Below, piece by piece: positions 13,489 through 25,497 of a stretch of DNA of 64,000 nt. The notes beneath the pieces are model-generated. The model was not told where the DNA came from. It worked only from the letters and a program-made list of their open reading frames with translations, and searched no databases. Every line of letters begins with the position of its first letter. The first letter of the stretch is position 1. A program made the position numbers and the translations under genes. The stretch comes from Botryllus schlosseri (Eukaryota), in contig CM119371.1 in NCBI GenBank assembly GCA_051294905.1, forward strand, positions 25,978,001-26,042,000. Direction: 5' to 3'.

Positions 13489-15351
13489 GTCTAAACTTGG
13501 TGCACGGCCTTTTCCCATCTTGGTTGACACCTCTAATCACAACGGGTTGAAGAAGTTTGGTTATCACCCTATGGGGAGGCCCAAAACCAACGTTTTTTGG
13601 GGGGGTGGGGAGCTGACGAAGTGCTGTTACGGCCCAGAGTAAAGGTAAACTTAGACCTGAGCTGTTGTGAGATCCATGAAGCACTTTCTTATAACAAGGA
13701 GTTGCTGGAGCATATTGTTTCTGGCGAAAAGTATGGAATATGATATGCTACGACTCGTATAAATACAAATAATGTACAAAAACGCTCTTTCATGCCAATC
13801 TAATTTCTCGACTGTCCTTATTTTTGGGCCATGTCGATGGCAACCCTGGTTATACCACTACGCTATCTCGCCACGTACAGTATAGGCTAGTTAATGAAGG
13901 ATATTAGCCAACCTCTTCTGATAGTTCGGTGGATCAACGACCGCGTGGCTTCACGTGGCGAGCCCGTCCCGCCATATATTTTTTAATATAATATAAACAA
14001 CACAACTATATACGTAATTTTCAACAATATCCAGCATACATAGGAGAGAGAATTCCAAACATTGCTATTAAAGTTGGTCTTCTCCGGCCTTATCACATCC
14101 AGTATAATTCAGTCATTTCAAAATGTTTTGTAATTTTGAGGTGTCACAACTCATGAGATGGCGATTGTAGCAATACACCTGGTATAAGAAACCATCACAA
14201 CACGCCATGTTGTTGTAGACCAATGGCACACTGAAAATACATCTAATTGTTCAAATTCGATTTAATTTGGCCGTAACAAATCTATTGTTGTCAATAAAAT
14301 AGAACTGTAGCGATGCTTCAAAACACAAATATAGGAATAAATAAATATTCACCAATTTCAAGTGGAACGAATGCGCCTTGATGCCTTGAGTTTTACGACA
14401 CTTCACAAAATCGACATGATTTAATTGCACTAGCCACAGAGCTAACTTTTACAAAGGGAAATGGCCGATAATTCAAAGTTCCTGCCCAAATTCAGTTCTA
14501 GAAAAGTATAACCCCAAAACGTGATATCGTCGTACACTGGTACGGAAACCGTATATTTCGCCTATTTTCACCATGGCCTACGATGTAAATCAGGCGAACG
14601 AAACTTTCTGGTACAATATTCGGCTTCCATACAATTTTCAAGGGGTGAAGACGAGTCAGTTCGGCTACACCAATTCTTATCGGGGGGTTGGTTCTGTTTC
14701 CATATCACCCTTACAAGGTGCTAAAAGCGGTACACCTGAACAGAACCCGCCGCTACACACCGGGATAAATCGCTATACGGATCGGTGTAGATTAGTGCAG
14801 GGCATGGATAGTCCATGGACTGGATATCCACAAGATTAATCTTTAATTTTAGCCGCATCCGCTTTGTTTATACGACCGGAGTTCCGCAGCGTATAGCATT
14901 CAGGATATTGCCAGTTCCTATAGTGGATATTTCTTGGATTTTCTAAATTTTTTGCCAGAGTCATACTTTTTTCTGATACGACCGGAGTGTGAACCAGATT
15001 TCATTTTGAAGAAACATGATCGGATTCGGACTAGAGACTTCGTCGATCCTCCCCTCACTTGTGTATTGTATAATGTATATGCATCGTTTTCACCCGTTCT
15101 AATGACTTTAAATGCAAAATTGTTACTGCAAGGTACCGATGACCTGATTTGCGTCCTACGCTATGATGAAAGTCTGATATATTACAACAATTCTCAACCA
15201 ATTTATTTACAGTGTACCGACAACCTGATATATATGCCACGCTATGATGGAAATCTGGAATACCCGCGATTTTGTTTAAAGTGCTCGGAAGGCGTTCTCT
15301 CGTAGCTCCAGAGGCGAATATCAACTCTTTCAAATCTTAATTTTCAGATGA

Positions 15352-15909
15352 TCAAGTTTTGTACGTTTTGTATGGCTCAATGGTGTTTATTTCGGTGACA
15401 GCTGTCCGGTGTGTGGAGTCGATGCGTGCCGCATCTGTTCGAGGTACTAATAATAGAGTTTCCCGCTTCGCGAGGGGATTGAGTGGCATATCCGTTTCTT
15501 CGGTATACCCTGACAGACGAGGATCACGTGACTTCTTTGATGACGAATGCATATTGGCCTGATAGAAGATGGAGGCGAGGATCGTCCCTAATATCACGAG
15601 GCTGATGATGAATCCGATTACCAGAAAAGGCGGCACGCCTTGATTAGTGTGATCGCCATTAGGTGACGCTAAAGTTGCAATTTTTGTTGATCGGGTTGAC
15701 GGATATTTGGTGGCGGAATGTAGAACTTGTTCAGCGGCGCAATAGTTCAAGGCGCTAGTCCGGCATCGCATGAATGCTCTGTCAGAACAGCTTGCAATCG
15801 ACATGCCACTAAACTGCGTTTCTTCGCTTTTCGTTGTATGATTAGCACTGCGACTGATATTGCATTCGAATCTTTTATCCTGTGCAATGTTGATTCTGCT
15901 TCTCTGCTT
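15352..15909 (-). CDS. Probable terminal coding exon of a single-pass type I membrane protein
   Basis: Open 186-codon frame (including stop) follows the acceptor TTCCTTTCAG. It has a Cys-containing ectodomain part with NIS/NHT sequons, an S/T-rich stalk, the hydrophobic segment PFLVIGFIISLVILGTILASIFY, then a ~70-aa tail. AATAAA lies ~145 nt downstream (about 15202-15207). No family recognised. Confidence 0.55.
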   Translation of the reverse strand, partial: KQRSRINIAQDKRFECNISRSANHTTKSEETQFSGMSIASCSDRAFMRCRTSALNYCAAEQVLHSATKYPSTRSTKIATLASPNGDHTNQGVPPFLVIGFIISLVILGTILASIFYQANMHSSSKKSRDPRLSGYTEETDMPLNPLAKRETLLLVPRTDAARIDSTHRTAVTEINTIEPYKTYKT

Positions 15910-16399
15910 CTGAAAGGAAAGCACTTCTAAATCCCAACGAATCACTTACGAAACCTGGTCGATTGCACAATAGCAGGAGACTGCATACCCACGTTTATGT
16001 GAATACGAAATATGGATTTGGGCTCGGATATTTTCTACCATACTACGGCTGGAGATTTTCGGAATCGCAGAGTGCATCTTGGCGACTAATTCACTCATGA
16101 ACCACCTTACAAATACGTAGGCTACAATATTCGAAGTTATATTCAGTTATCGTGATACAGGGAAGTGTAGCCTCATTTTATGGCTATTTCAGGATTAAAG
16201 TACTGCAAACATATCCCAAAGCTACTTTCTCATTTACAAAATACACAGTTGGAAGAGTGCGTAGTACGCATTGTCAGACATCACGAAATTGAAAGAATAA
16301 CATAAACATAATGTTCGCTTGTATGTTGAAGTTAGTGCAATACTTGAAACTGTAGGTTTTCAATGGTGTATCTGATGTTCGATAGCTGTGTGCCCTTAC

Positions 16400-17893
16400 C
16401 TTGTCAGAAGTAAACGACGCAGCGATAATGCAATATTGGCAGTCCCCGCATATAACAGTCGCGTGTATCTCCGTGTTATCCTTCGCGCCTGGAATCATCA
16501 CGGATCATTGTGCTACCACAACGTATCAAGGGAAATGATCAGTTTACAATACAAAATATGACTTAACTGCATGGTCAGTGGTCACTAGAATTTCGTGATC
16601 AGCAAGGGAGGGAGGCGTACCATACACAAATTTGGAATCACCAGAGTACAAAATTCATGTTTATTGTAACTACCTCAAAGTTGCGGTTCTGATTAGTGCA
16701 CCCAGCGTTGAGGGTGGTGTGGAGTGTGAACACCAATAAGTTCGGCTACCAAGTTCAAGTATATGGGAAGATTTTGGCTTTTGTATAATGTTACGAGCAT
16801 AATATTTCAGATGCAATGTTGCTTGCATTGATTACACCAATTGTCAAAACCAGGTTAATCGTGGTCGCGTTCACTGTCTTTTTTAAAGGCTTGTACGATG
16901 TACTGTACAGTGTACATATTGTACATAGACACCGTTTCATTTGGGATTCCTTCATGACAATTGAAATGATAAATACAGGCCAACATCTCGTTGCTGTGCC
17001 TGATAACTGCATGTGTAAAGCGGGCGTTCGTCATACGATACCTGTTTCAAAGTATTCTTTGCAAGACAGTCGACAGGCAAACGTTTGAGAATTTATCAGC
17101 TGATCGCAAACTCCATCCGATTCCCCATCGGATGATATTCTGATAAAATTAATATACTTTTACAAACTGGATGATCTTGCAAGTAGTTATGCTGGTGGGA
17201 AATAGGTGTATTTACAAAATATCTCAAACATGCAAATCAGGCACCGGCAGTTATGGTGTGTATGTGTAATTTTGGAATCACTTCACACCCATTCCGTTGA
17301 GTGCTATCGACCCAGATGCACCAATACTTTTGGAAACAGATCTCAGGGATATAGTGGTATCTGTTCACGTGTACATGCAATCTTTACCGCCTTTTTGTCG
17401 TGGTACATGAAACCATAATCCACTTAACAACTACGATGTATCTCGATAAATCGGTGGGACTTAACTAGTTTGTACCATTGTAATGGATGTGAAAGCGATA
17501 TTTCATCCCTACAAAAGCGCTATACCTGATTTGCAGTCTGCAAAATGGTCGACATCTGGGATGTTCGGTTTCAGTTAAGACGATTATGAGCTACTCGTCA
17601 CAGCAACGAATAGTAATACCTAAGTGTTGATGCAATATTTTAAAATAGTAATCTGATATTACAATCTGCATTCGCTTGCGTTTATATACCTTCAAGTCAT
17701 TCTGCAGGCTATTTGCATCAGATTATAGGATTGTTTGCGGCTATGTAGAAATACTGTACCTCTAGCGCTGCGTCCAAACATCACAATAATATAACTAAAA
17801 TGGCGACTCATCATTCCTAATTAAGTACATCATAAAGTGCAGCTTAATATACTTACGCAAGGCGACACCCGCATGTGTCCGCTTTCGAGTTGA
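16400..17893 (-). CDS. Candidate upstream exons of the same gene: 17893-17857, 17139-17042, 16488-16400
   Basis: Each is bounded by AG/GT (donors GTAAGT, GTATCG, GTAAGG). Phases chain 1-2, 2-1, 1-0 into 15909, giving a Cys-rich ...NSKADTCGCRLAISSDGESDGVCDQLINSQTFACRLSCKEYFETGAKDNTEIHATVICGDCQYCIIAASFTSDK|KQRS.... The acceptor at 16489 is weak and no signal-peptide exon was found. Confidence 0.35.
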
Positions 17894-20348
17894 CTATCAA
17901 AACGGAGAAAATATTAAGAATCGCACGATAACTCTCCATGAGGTCCGCTGACTAACATAATCTGTTTAGCTACAAGTCGTTAATCTGCAAGACACCATTG
18001 AAGACGGGACGTTATTACAAGTGTTGTTTCGTGTTGCCGGTTCGTGCAATCCACTCAAACTTATATTCAATGCACACAATGCATTCAGGCCAGTGCTATA
18101 CGGTCCCACTGCACGCAAGACCGCCTTACAAATGAAGCGATCGCATATTACAAGTTACTGGTGCATGTGGCATTGCGATACTAGGCTTATTAATATATAT
18201 TTAACATCCCTACTGTAGCAGGTCTCTTCTGCCTTTTCAAAGCTGACCTGATGTGGGATAGGAAGCTCATACCTTTGCTGCTCAGTGCTCATGTTTGCTG
18301 CACTCTCAAATCCTCACTCGATTAAATACACGACATTCCTTCTCGCGATAGCCCCATAAGGCCTATAGTATACCCAATACCCATGCCATATATCGGAGTC
18401 GTGAACGTCCTTCTCGAGCTACGCCCTGTATTGGAAAAGACAATGACACTACAATCAATAGCAGTTAGGTTCTCCGATAAACGAATTCGTGTCGAAACAA
18501 AACTACATCGTAAACCAAAGCACAACATGGCGACATTGCTTTGTTTGAGAAGTTCTACTTTTGAGACGGCTACACGAATTTCTAAGATCGGGATAGGCTG
18601 GTGCTGCCTACTGAATCACATTCACATTCGTCAACTCTGACCTATTACATTGTTATCGTTACGTTTGGAAGATGCTGAACTGTCGCTCATAAAACGGCAA
18701 TCATAAGAAACGGGCTACCCACTCTGCTTACAACAATTTCTCGCGGTGATCCAGTTTAGTTTAAGATCTCAGTTATTTAAACGCAAAATTCCCCTAGGAA
18801 TCTAGCGAATCGATACACGCAAATGTATAATGGAGTATTTATGAAAGCTGAGTGTGTGATTGGATTCGTTCCGTTGGATTTCGCGGGCCGTACTATTTAT
18901 TGACCCGGCGGGACCTTTATCGTTGCGATATCTTCGGTTTTATATTCCCAGAGATCCATTTGAAGTGGACTGTTGGTAGGCCTACGTATTATTGATCGTC
19001 AAACCAAGTGCAGCATTTATACAGCTCAAGTCTCAATAACGTACACGTACATTACGATCGTACATACACGCAATGCGTCGATACAAATGTGATATGTCAA
19101 CAATGATATCGAGTGTTGATGAAATCATGTCTATGCGAAGCGAATACCAAAGCGTCTCACGCCCTCAAATTCGTTCCGTAAATTCTAGAGTGGGTTTGAA
19201 ACACGAGTGGTTCTCAACGTTTTTTTAGAGACACGAACCCATCGTGCTACATATATATGCATTTATCGAACCATATACATCGTAAATACATGGTAGGAAA
19301 ATAGATTTATTCACCGAATTTTAACCAAGAACGTAAGGGTGCACAACAGGCTGTCCACACATTCTGGTACCGAACTTTACTTTCGTACTCATTCCTGTGC
19401 GTGAAAACGATTCATATTAAGATATAGCGAAGTAAAAATATCGAGAGCTATATAGGGTTTATAATGGGACTCTTCGATTTTCAATATCTGCAACTACCCA
19501 ACTTTCTCTTTACTACATCTTGAGACATGACATCGGTCACATGTGTTTGAAATGCAGGGTGTAATTGTGACCTGAGGGACTTCGAAAATGTCATAATTTC
19601 AAAATCGGGTATAAAAAGTTCAGCAATACCTAAATACATCGGCCGTTGTGCAAAAAACGCTACCAACCTCAAATGTTTGATACTATAATCTCTACTTCAT
19701 CCAAATTCACCAGAGAGAAGCAACTCGTTCTCGGCTTTTTAGCGGATGTATTATTTCTGCCTCCATCCTGTGCTTCGCTACTTGACCTACTTTAAAACTT
19801 ACTGTTTTCTCCTTAATCTCGTTATCATAACTCGATGAAACCTAATGACATGCAATATTACGTTTTTTTCTTCATTTCCTTTTAAAGCCTAGGGCTGAAA
19901 TATATGCATTGCCAGGAGTAATTTTTCCATGTAACCCAAGTCAGAAGCCTGTGACATCTTATCCTCTGATCCCGTGTTTATCGACCTTGTCAAAGCCTTT
20001 TCGCAAACTTCGAAACTTCTGTCAAACTCTGCGGAGCTCCGCCGTTTAAATTTCTGCATTATTCATATATCGACTTTGATTCATCCCGCAAGGGATAGCC
20101 TTGCGTACAAGTACTGAACTGGCCTCGGAAAGTACACGACCACCGTGGATCGATAATGCTTGTTTGCCCTCTTTTAATAAGTCCTATCTGACATGTGAAT
20201 GATAGGACCTTGCATGAGTCTATTCGGTGTCTATACTTCGGCACATGAAATCAATTATGCGATGGAATTTCTATGATTAGGCGCAGCCGATGCCTAAGTT
20301 GGATTCCGTGCCCTGAGATCTGTACCCCTGACACTGAGCGCTATACAG

Positions 20349-22726
20349 CAGGGGCCATCAACCCGGTGCCCGCGGGCCCCAGGTAGCCCGCGAGGACCAG
20401 ATGAGTAGCCCGCGAGCCCGTTCTAAAAATAAATGGAATAGCAGCATTTACCAATATTCGTCAGATTATTACCAGTGAGCTTTTTAATATATAGATTGAT
20501 TGATTCAGCTATTCTTGTTTCAAACACACTAACATGTAACTTACCAATGACAATACATATATATATATAAACACTCGAAAAATATCCTTAATTACAATTA
20601 GTAATATATAGATATATGTGATAGAATCACCAGAAATTGAAGATACGCCGCACTGCCTATAGGCCTACAGGCGACATGACGGAATGCCATTCACGGTCTT
20701 CTTGAAATGGCGGGGGGTTCCGTTATGATCGCTCGACGTCCAGGACAATGCCAAGTAGTAAACAATATTACTATTCGGAGTCAGATAGCCGTGAAGTACT
20801 AGCAGATTTTCAATATCTGTATGCCCATTACGCATTGCATCTTTTGACACAGCTTGTTTATCTTACACTCAACGCAGTTTGGTATAGGGTTACCATATTT
20901 CTGTGACCCAAATTCCGGACACTCTTTAGCACCCCCTAGTGGATTTCAGGATGAGTTATGTCTGTTAATATGACGTCACACTAGCAAAGTTTTGCTTATA
21001 GACCAGAGGTGGTGACGATCCGGTTCAGGAATACGTGGCTGTGTGTTGTGTAACCGGGACCGAAACCACATTTTTTCAGCCCCTTCCCGTCCAAATAAAC
21101 AATGTTTTGGGGTCCACCATAGGGTAATCGATGCAACTTCTGGGGGTAGGGTGCTTGCTATATGCATCTGGTCGTTTATTTTCGAATGAATACTGTTAAT
21201 AATATTGGCTCTTCCATATTAATATATAGTTTTATCTTCTCTCCGCCCACATAATCAGAGTTAGCGGTAGAGCTGGTGGAGGATAATGACTTCGAAAAAA
21301 CAGAAAGGGTAATTGTACAATGTACATCGTTAAGTCATGTTCATTTCACACCGATAAGATTGTTTATCAGCCTTATGCCGGTGTGCACCACGGAGCTTTA
21401 TAATCACCCCACATCCAGTGGTTTCAAACCTTTTATGGTCGCGACTCCATCTCCAATTTGAAAATGCTCCGTGACCCAGATCAAAATTTGATGAGCTGAT
21501 TATTAAAAGAAGTCAGCACCTTTGCTCAGAGTTGCTCACAGGCTATTTTGGAAGCTGATTACGTTTAACATCTTCGCGAACCCCAGAATAAAGGCAACGA
21601 TTCCCACGTTTGGAACCATTATCTTTGAATAAAGCATTTAAACGGCCTTAACCATCTCTAAGAATATACCGAGTATGCGAGTTCAATTAGGCTTATTTCA
21701 GTAAATGAAGGTTATTTTTTATACATATTTTACAGCAGTATTTGCGAGGTTGGTAGTCCCCATAATAACATCAATAAATGTGATAGTAAACTGTGCGCAG
21801 CGCGAAGAAAATATCATGTAGCATGAATATTCCGAAAAATAATGTTATTATGTTGATTTACGAAAAAATTATGAGCCTATACGTGAAGCCTTCAAAATTC
21901 CGGACATTTAGGCATATTTTAGAAATTCCTCCCGGACGCAAGTTTGAACAGTGAAATTCCGGACATGTCCGGGAAATTCCGGACGTATGGCAACCCTAGT
22001 TTAGTACCATGTTTCTAACTTTCTGTAATCGTTGCTGCAGTCCGGTATAATGAAATCTTGTCATTTCTGGATGCTGAACAGTTGGAGATTGAAATTGTAA
22101 CACTGCAAAATGACCTCCACCTCAAAGCCTACCAGACTGCAGCAAACGTTTGGTGCCTTGTTGATACGGAAAAGTACAATATTGTATGCGCAGCAGCTAT
22201 GAAGGTTGCAAGCGTGTATGGTTCAACTTATCGTTGTGTGTCAGCCTTTTCGGACATGGACTTCATCAAAAACAAACACAGAACAGGCTTAATTAATGCA
22301 CATCTGGAACACTCACTCAGAGTTGCACTGTCAAGTTACATACCAGAGTACAGCGCACTATAGTTGATAGCATACAATGCCAGGCTTCCCACTGACTGCT
22401 ATAGAAACAGATAACATGATGTCCAGTCTAAAGTGTGACATGATATATTTTGAAATTTGAGTTGACTGTTGTATATTTTTTACAAACATTGTGCGAACTA
22501 TAATTTGTGATTAAAAAAAATATTAGTGTATAGCTAGTTGAAATGAGATGTTTTGATTTAAAAGAGTCTATTAGAAGTCTTACCACAATGTGATTCCTGC
22601 CCAGTGCTATGAATATCAAAGCGGAAATTCAGTGTGGTACGGGTAAACGGCGGAGTAAATGGTGACCCGTCGCTTTAATCAGTACGCAAAAGTAGCCCTC
22701 GGTTGTAGAATGGTTGGTGACCCCTG
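20349..22726 (+). mobile_element. Internally deleted Buster/Charlie-type hAT element with transposase C-terminal remnant (22058-22363)
   Basis: TIR CAGGGG(C/T)CA(T/C)CAACC; perfect TSD CTATACAG. Remnant ...VASVYGSTYRCVSAFSDMDFIKNKHRTGLINAHLEHSLRVALSSY matches the Buster-type hAT dimerisation region. Confidence 0.9.
20885..21998 (-). mobile_element. hAT MITE, same family as 11966-13488, nested in the 20349-22726 element
   Basis: TIR TAGGGTTACCATA / TATGGCAACCCTA; TSD GTTTGGTA/GTTTAGTA; colinear (inverted) with 11966-13488. Confidence 0.9.
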
Positions 22727-23680
22727 CTATACAGTGTTCCATGCAAGCAACCTAAGGAACAACTAACCAATGTCTGTTTCGGCAAAATTAGATAACTGAA
22801 GGTATGATGGAAAACAACATCACATGGCCTGGAAATGATTTTAAGCATTGGTTGTGAATGACGTACCGTATGCTGATCCTCAATAGTACAATACCTTCTA
22901 ATAGCCATGCAGGTGGCGATTAAGAATGCACTTCTAATCGAGAACTGACTGGTGAGTGATGAATTTGATCATGTTTCCATTCTAATCTGTAGCATTGTCC
23001 TGTTCTTCTCTATCACTTTCTTGCGATATTTGGCACGAAGGCGACTGTTGTCTAACTAAATGAGCTGTATAATGACATGTCGGAAGCTATGCGCATTGTG
23101 CAAGCAATATCAGCTATACGTGTGCAAAATTAGCGATTTGTATATGTGACAAAACGTTATAACTCATATTGTTAATTCCACATGATTGAGCGCCACGACA
23201 CAAAATATGGCATAAGTACGTCACAATCCTGCAATAATCCAGAAGTTAGAATTCCCTTTTAAGTGGTAAAGGCATATGTAGTCTCCCCATCGCTCTTCGA
23301 TCCGCATAAGCGCTGTTTCACAAATGCCTAGAACAGTGGTTCTCGTTAGAGTTACTGAGCCCCACCAGTTTCATATGTGCATTCACCAAACCTTTTTTCG
23401 GAAATACAAGATTTACACCAATTTTGTAGGTATATATATTTACTGTTGCACAAATTACCAGGAAAATGATGTGTGCCAATCCGCATAAGAGGGCTGGTCA
23501 TATCAGAAGAGAACGGCTTGAATCTGGAAAAGATGAGGTGAATTATGCAAATACACGCGATTGCGAGATTCCCGGTAACGGCAATCGTAACATATTTAAC
23601 TATTTATGCATTGAGTAAAAACTTTGCGATTAGCTCTTCTACCTATACCTATGCCTACCTTTACCTGTACCTAAACATAT

Positions 23681-23858
23681 ACCCAAGTGTTGGAGGTTTA
23701 TCTAGGCTCCTCCTCGCCACCTCATCCGCGTAAGCGGTGTCTGATAATAAGCTTAGAAGTGGGCCGTGCTATAAGTCGGCAGTTACGGAATAAAAAAAAA
23801 ATGAAGAATATCGGTCTGGTGTAAAAGACTATAGTAGTCGACAAACACCATGAATACC
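23681..23858 (+). repeat. Headless second copy of the SINE body at 10712-10890
   Basis: Near-identical stretch AAGTGTTGGAGGTTTATCTAGGCTCCT...TAAGCGGTGT...AGAAGTGGGCCGTGCTA in inverted orientation. Confidence 0.75.
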
Positions 23859-24912
23859 TAAAAAAACAAGCTCTTTTACTTTGCATATATAGCCTTCAAA
23901 GCCTTGGAATTATAACAATTAGGTACCGTGCAAAGAGTTCGTTCAACTAGCTTTGGTAACAGCTATCTAGGCGACATAGCGTACATCACAAACATAAATA
24001 ACCGATTAGCTATTCTCTGCGAAAAGATATAGTATAGACAACGATGTTACACGTTACTCATCGCTGTTCGCCGATGTGCCATTTACAAATATACAATACG
24101 TTCCTCGCAATTACAATACGCAGGGATGAAATGCTATTGAAATACTCGCAATACTGACAAGGTTCCGAACACGGAAACAAGGCCTCCTAAAATCGAACAT
24201 AGTAATGCGACCAATTCATGAGTTGACAAATGCGTCCGCCGTTCTAATCAAGGATCCTATCTAAACAAATATTCTAAAATCAAAACAATGCTAGCGATAA
24301 AGAATTTTTCACTGTCCAAGGCGACGCCAACTTATATATCTGGTATGAATTTCGTATCCATGACCAATGATCGTGCGGTAAGCGAATTCCAATTTCCATT
24401 ATTACAAAGGTAGAGAACTGCAGTATGCGATCTTGTGACAACAGCCAGCAAAACGAAGGATATTTTGCTTATCAAAGCTAGTGCTACATGTCACTAGCAA
24501 AAAGATGCATATCGGCTTAGAGGATTTTCCGAAGCGGAATCCGATTAGCGGGGATGATGTTGAGTGAGCTACATGTACTGTGCCATATATCTCTTTGATT
24601 TGAAGCAGCATGAATTTTCATTATAAATAATATCAGATTTACAGGTCTTTCAGCCCCCGAAATCTTTTCAATAACCCATAGGACGACAGAGGGCTGTCAT
24701 TTTTCTGCAATATTGAATTTTGCTACTTTAAATACCTATATTCTGTACTCCTCACCTCAAATGTTCTATCACGTGACCTGTTTGATGATTTCTGGTCTCT
24801 TCCAACCGCTTCTCGTTTTATATGTTTTCTGATCCAATCACCAAAATATTTGGCAGTCGCAGAGCACTGTAAGCGTGGCCACTGAGAATAATATACTTTT
24901 TATCACGATCAA

Positions 24913-25497
24913 GGCGAGGCGAGCAAAGGCCTGGGGCGCGGCAAGACGGCTGCATTGCCTCTTCCACTCAAGTGCCTCACCCCAGCTCAAGACCCGCATT
25001 TTCCGTGCCACTGTCGAGCAGGTTCTTCTCTACGGAATAGAAGCACTCACGTTGACAGAAAAGCTGGCTAAGACACTTAACGCCAACTACGATGCACTCC
25101 GTCGCTACGCACTCGGCATCCACCACCCGGAGCACATATCCACCAATGCTCTGCGCAAACTTACAAAAACGGTCCCATGCCGTTTGCTGGCTGCTGAACG
25201 ACGCTTCCGCCTAATCGGTCATCTAGTGCGGCATCAAGACGATCAACCAGCCGCCGCCATCATCAACCACATTCCGACGGAGCCATATGGCGCAGAGGTG
25301 GCTGGAATAGAACCACATGGCGCTCGACAATAGAGACCGAGCTAGCGCAACGCGGGCTTTCGCTCGAAGACGCCCACGACCGCCCACGCTGGAGGCGCGT
25401 AACAAGGGCCCAAAACGGATTATCTTGATGTTCTTTTGTTTCCTGTTTTCTTTTGCCCTTTTATTTAATTATTTAATTGAAAGTCGATATATATATA
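24913..25497 (+). mobile_element. 5'-truncated non-LTR retrotransposon (RTE-like ORF2 C-terminus)
   Basis: Translation FRATVEQVLLYGIEALTL...RRFRLIGHLVRH...(frameshift)GGWNRTTWRSTIETEL...HDRPRWR. T-rich 3' UTR, (TA)n tail and 12-bp TSD TATCACGATCAA (24901-24912, 25498-25509). Confidence 0.88.

Larger units (their letters stand above)
10961..13848 (+). mobile_element. Internally deleted hAT element with 5' transposase remnant (about 11528-11965) and nested inserts
   Basis: TIR CAGGGTTGCCAT / ATGGCAACCCTG; perfect TSD GTTATACC. The frameshifted remnant reads MSRRKNIFRDDYEREFKG...FAHCNIC / CDINVEAIGKTAISTHIDTPKH (zinc-finger-like) ...KFSSARTKTTSIVTGVLGP. An inverted sister copy lies at 57382-59252. 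Confidence 0.92.
10712..13874 (-). mobile_element. tRNA-derived SINE split by a hAT insertion (pieces about 10712-10960 and 13849-13874)
   Basis: Removing 10961-13848 and one TSD gives minus-strand GTGGCGAGATAGCGTAGTGGTATAACCCACAGC...GCGGGTACAAGTCCGACCGAGGTCGACTC. This has an A-box-like site (13855-13865) and a B-box-like site (10915-10925). The body is repeated at 23681-23858. Confidence 0.65.

Noticed and set aside
14934-15333. 123-aa and 92-aa ORFs
   Set aside because: They overlap the probable 3' UTR of the membrane-protein gene and a degenerate ~90-bp tandem duplication; no protein features.
15910-15949. 40-nt intron (GTAAGT...TTTCAG) joining a nearby upstream exon
   Set aside because: The upstream frame in the required phase has a stop and no start codon, and the intron is unusually short. 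The donor at 16399 fits better.
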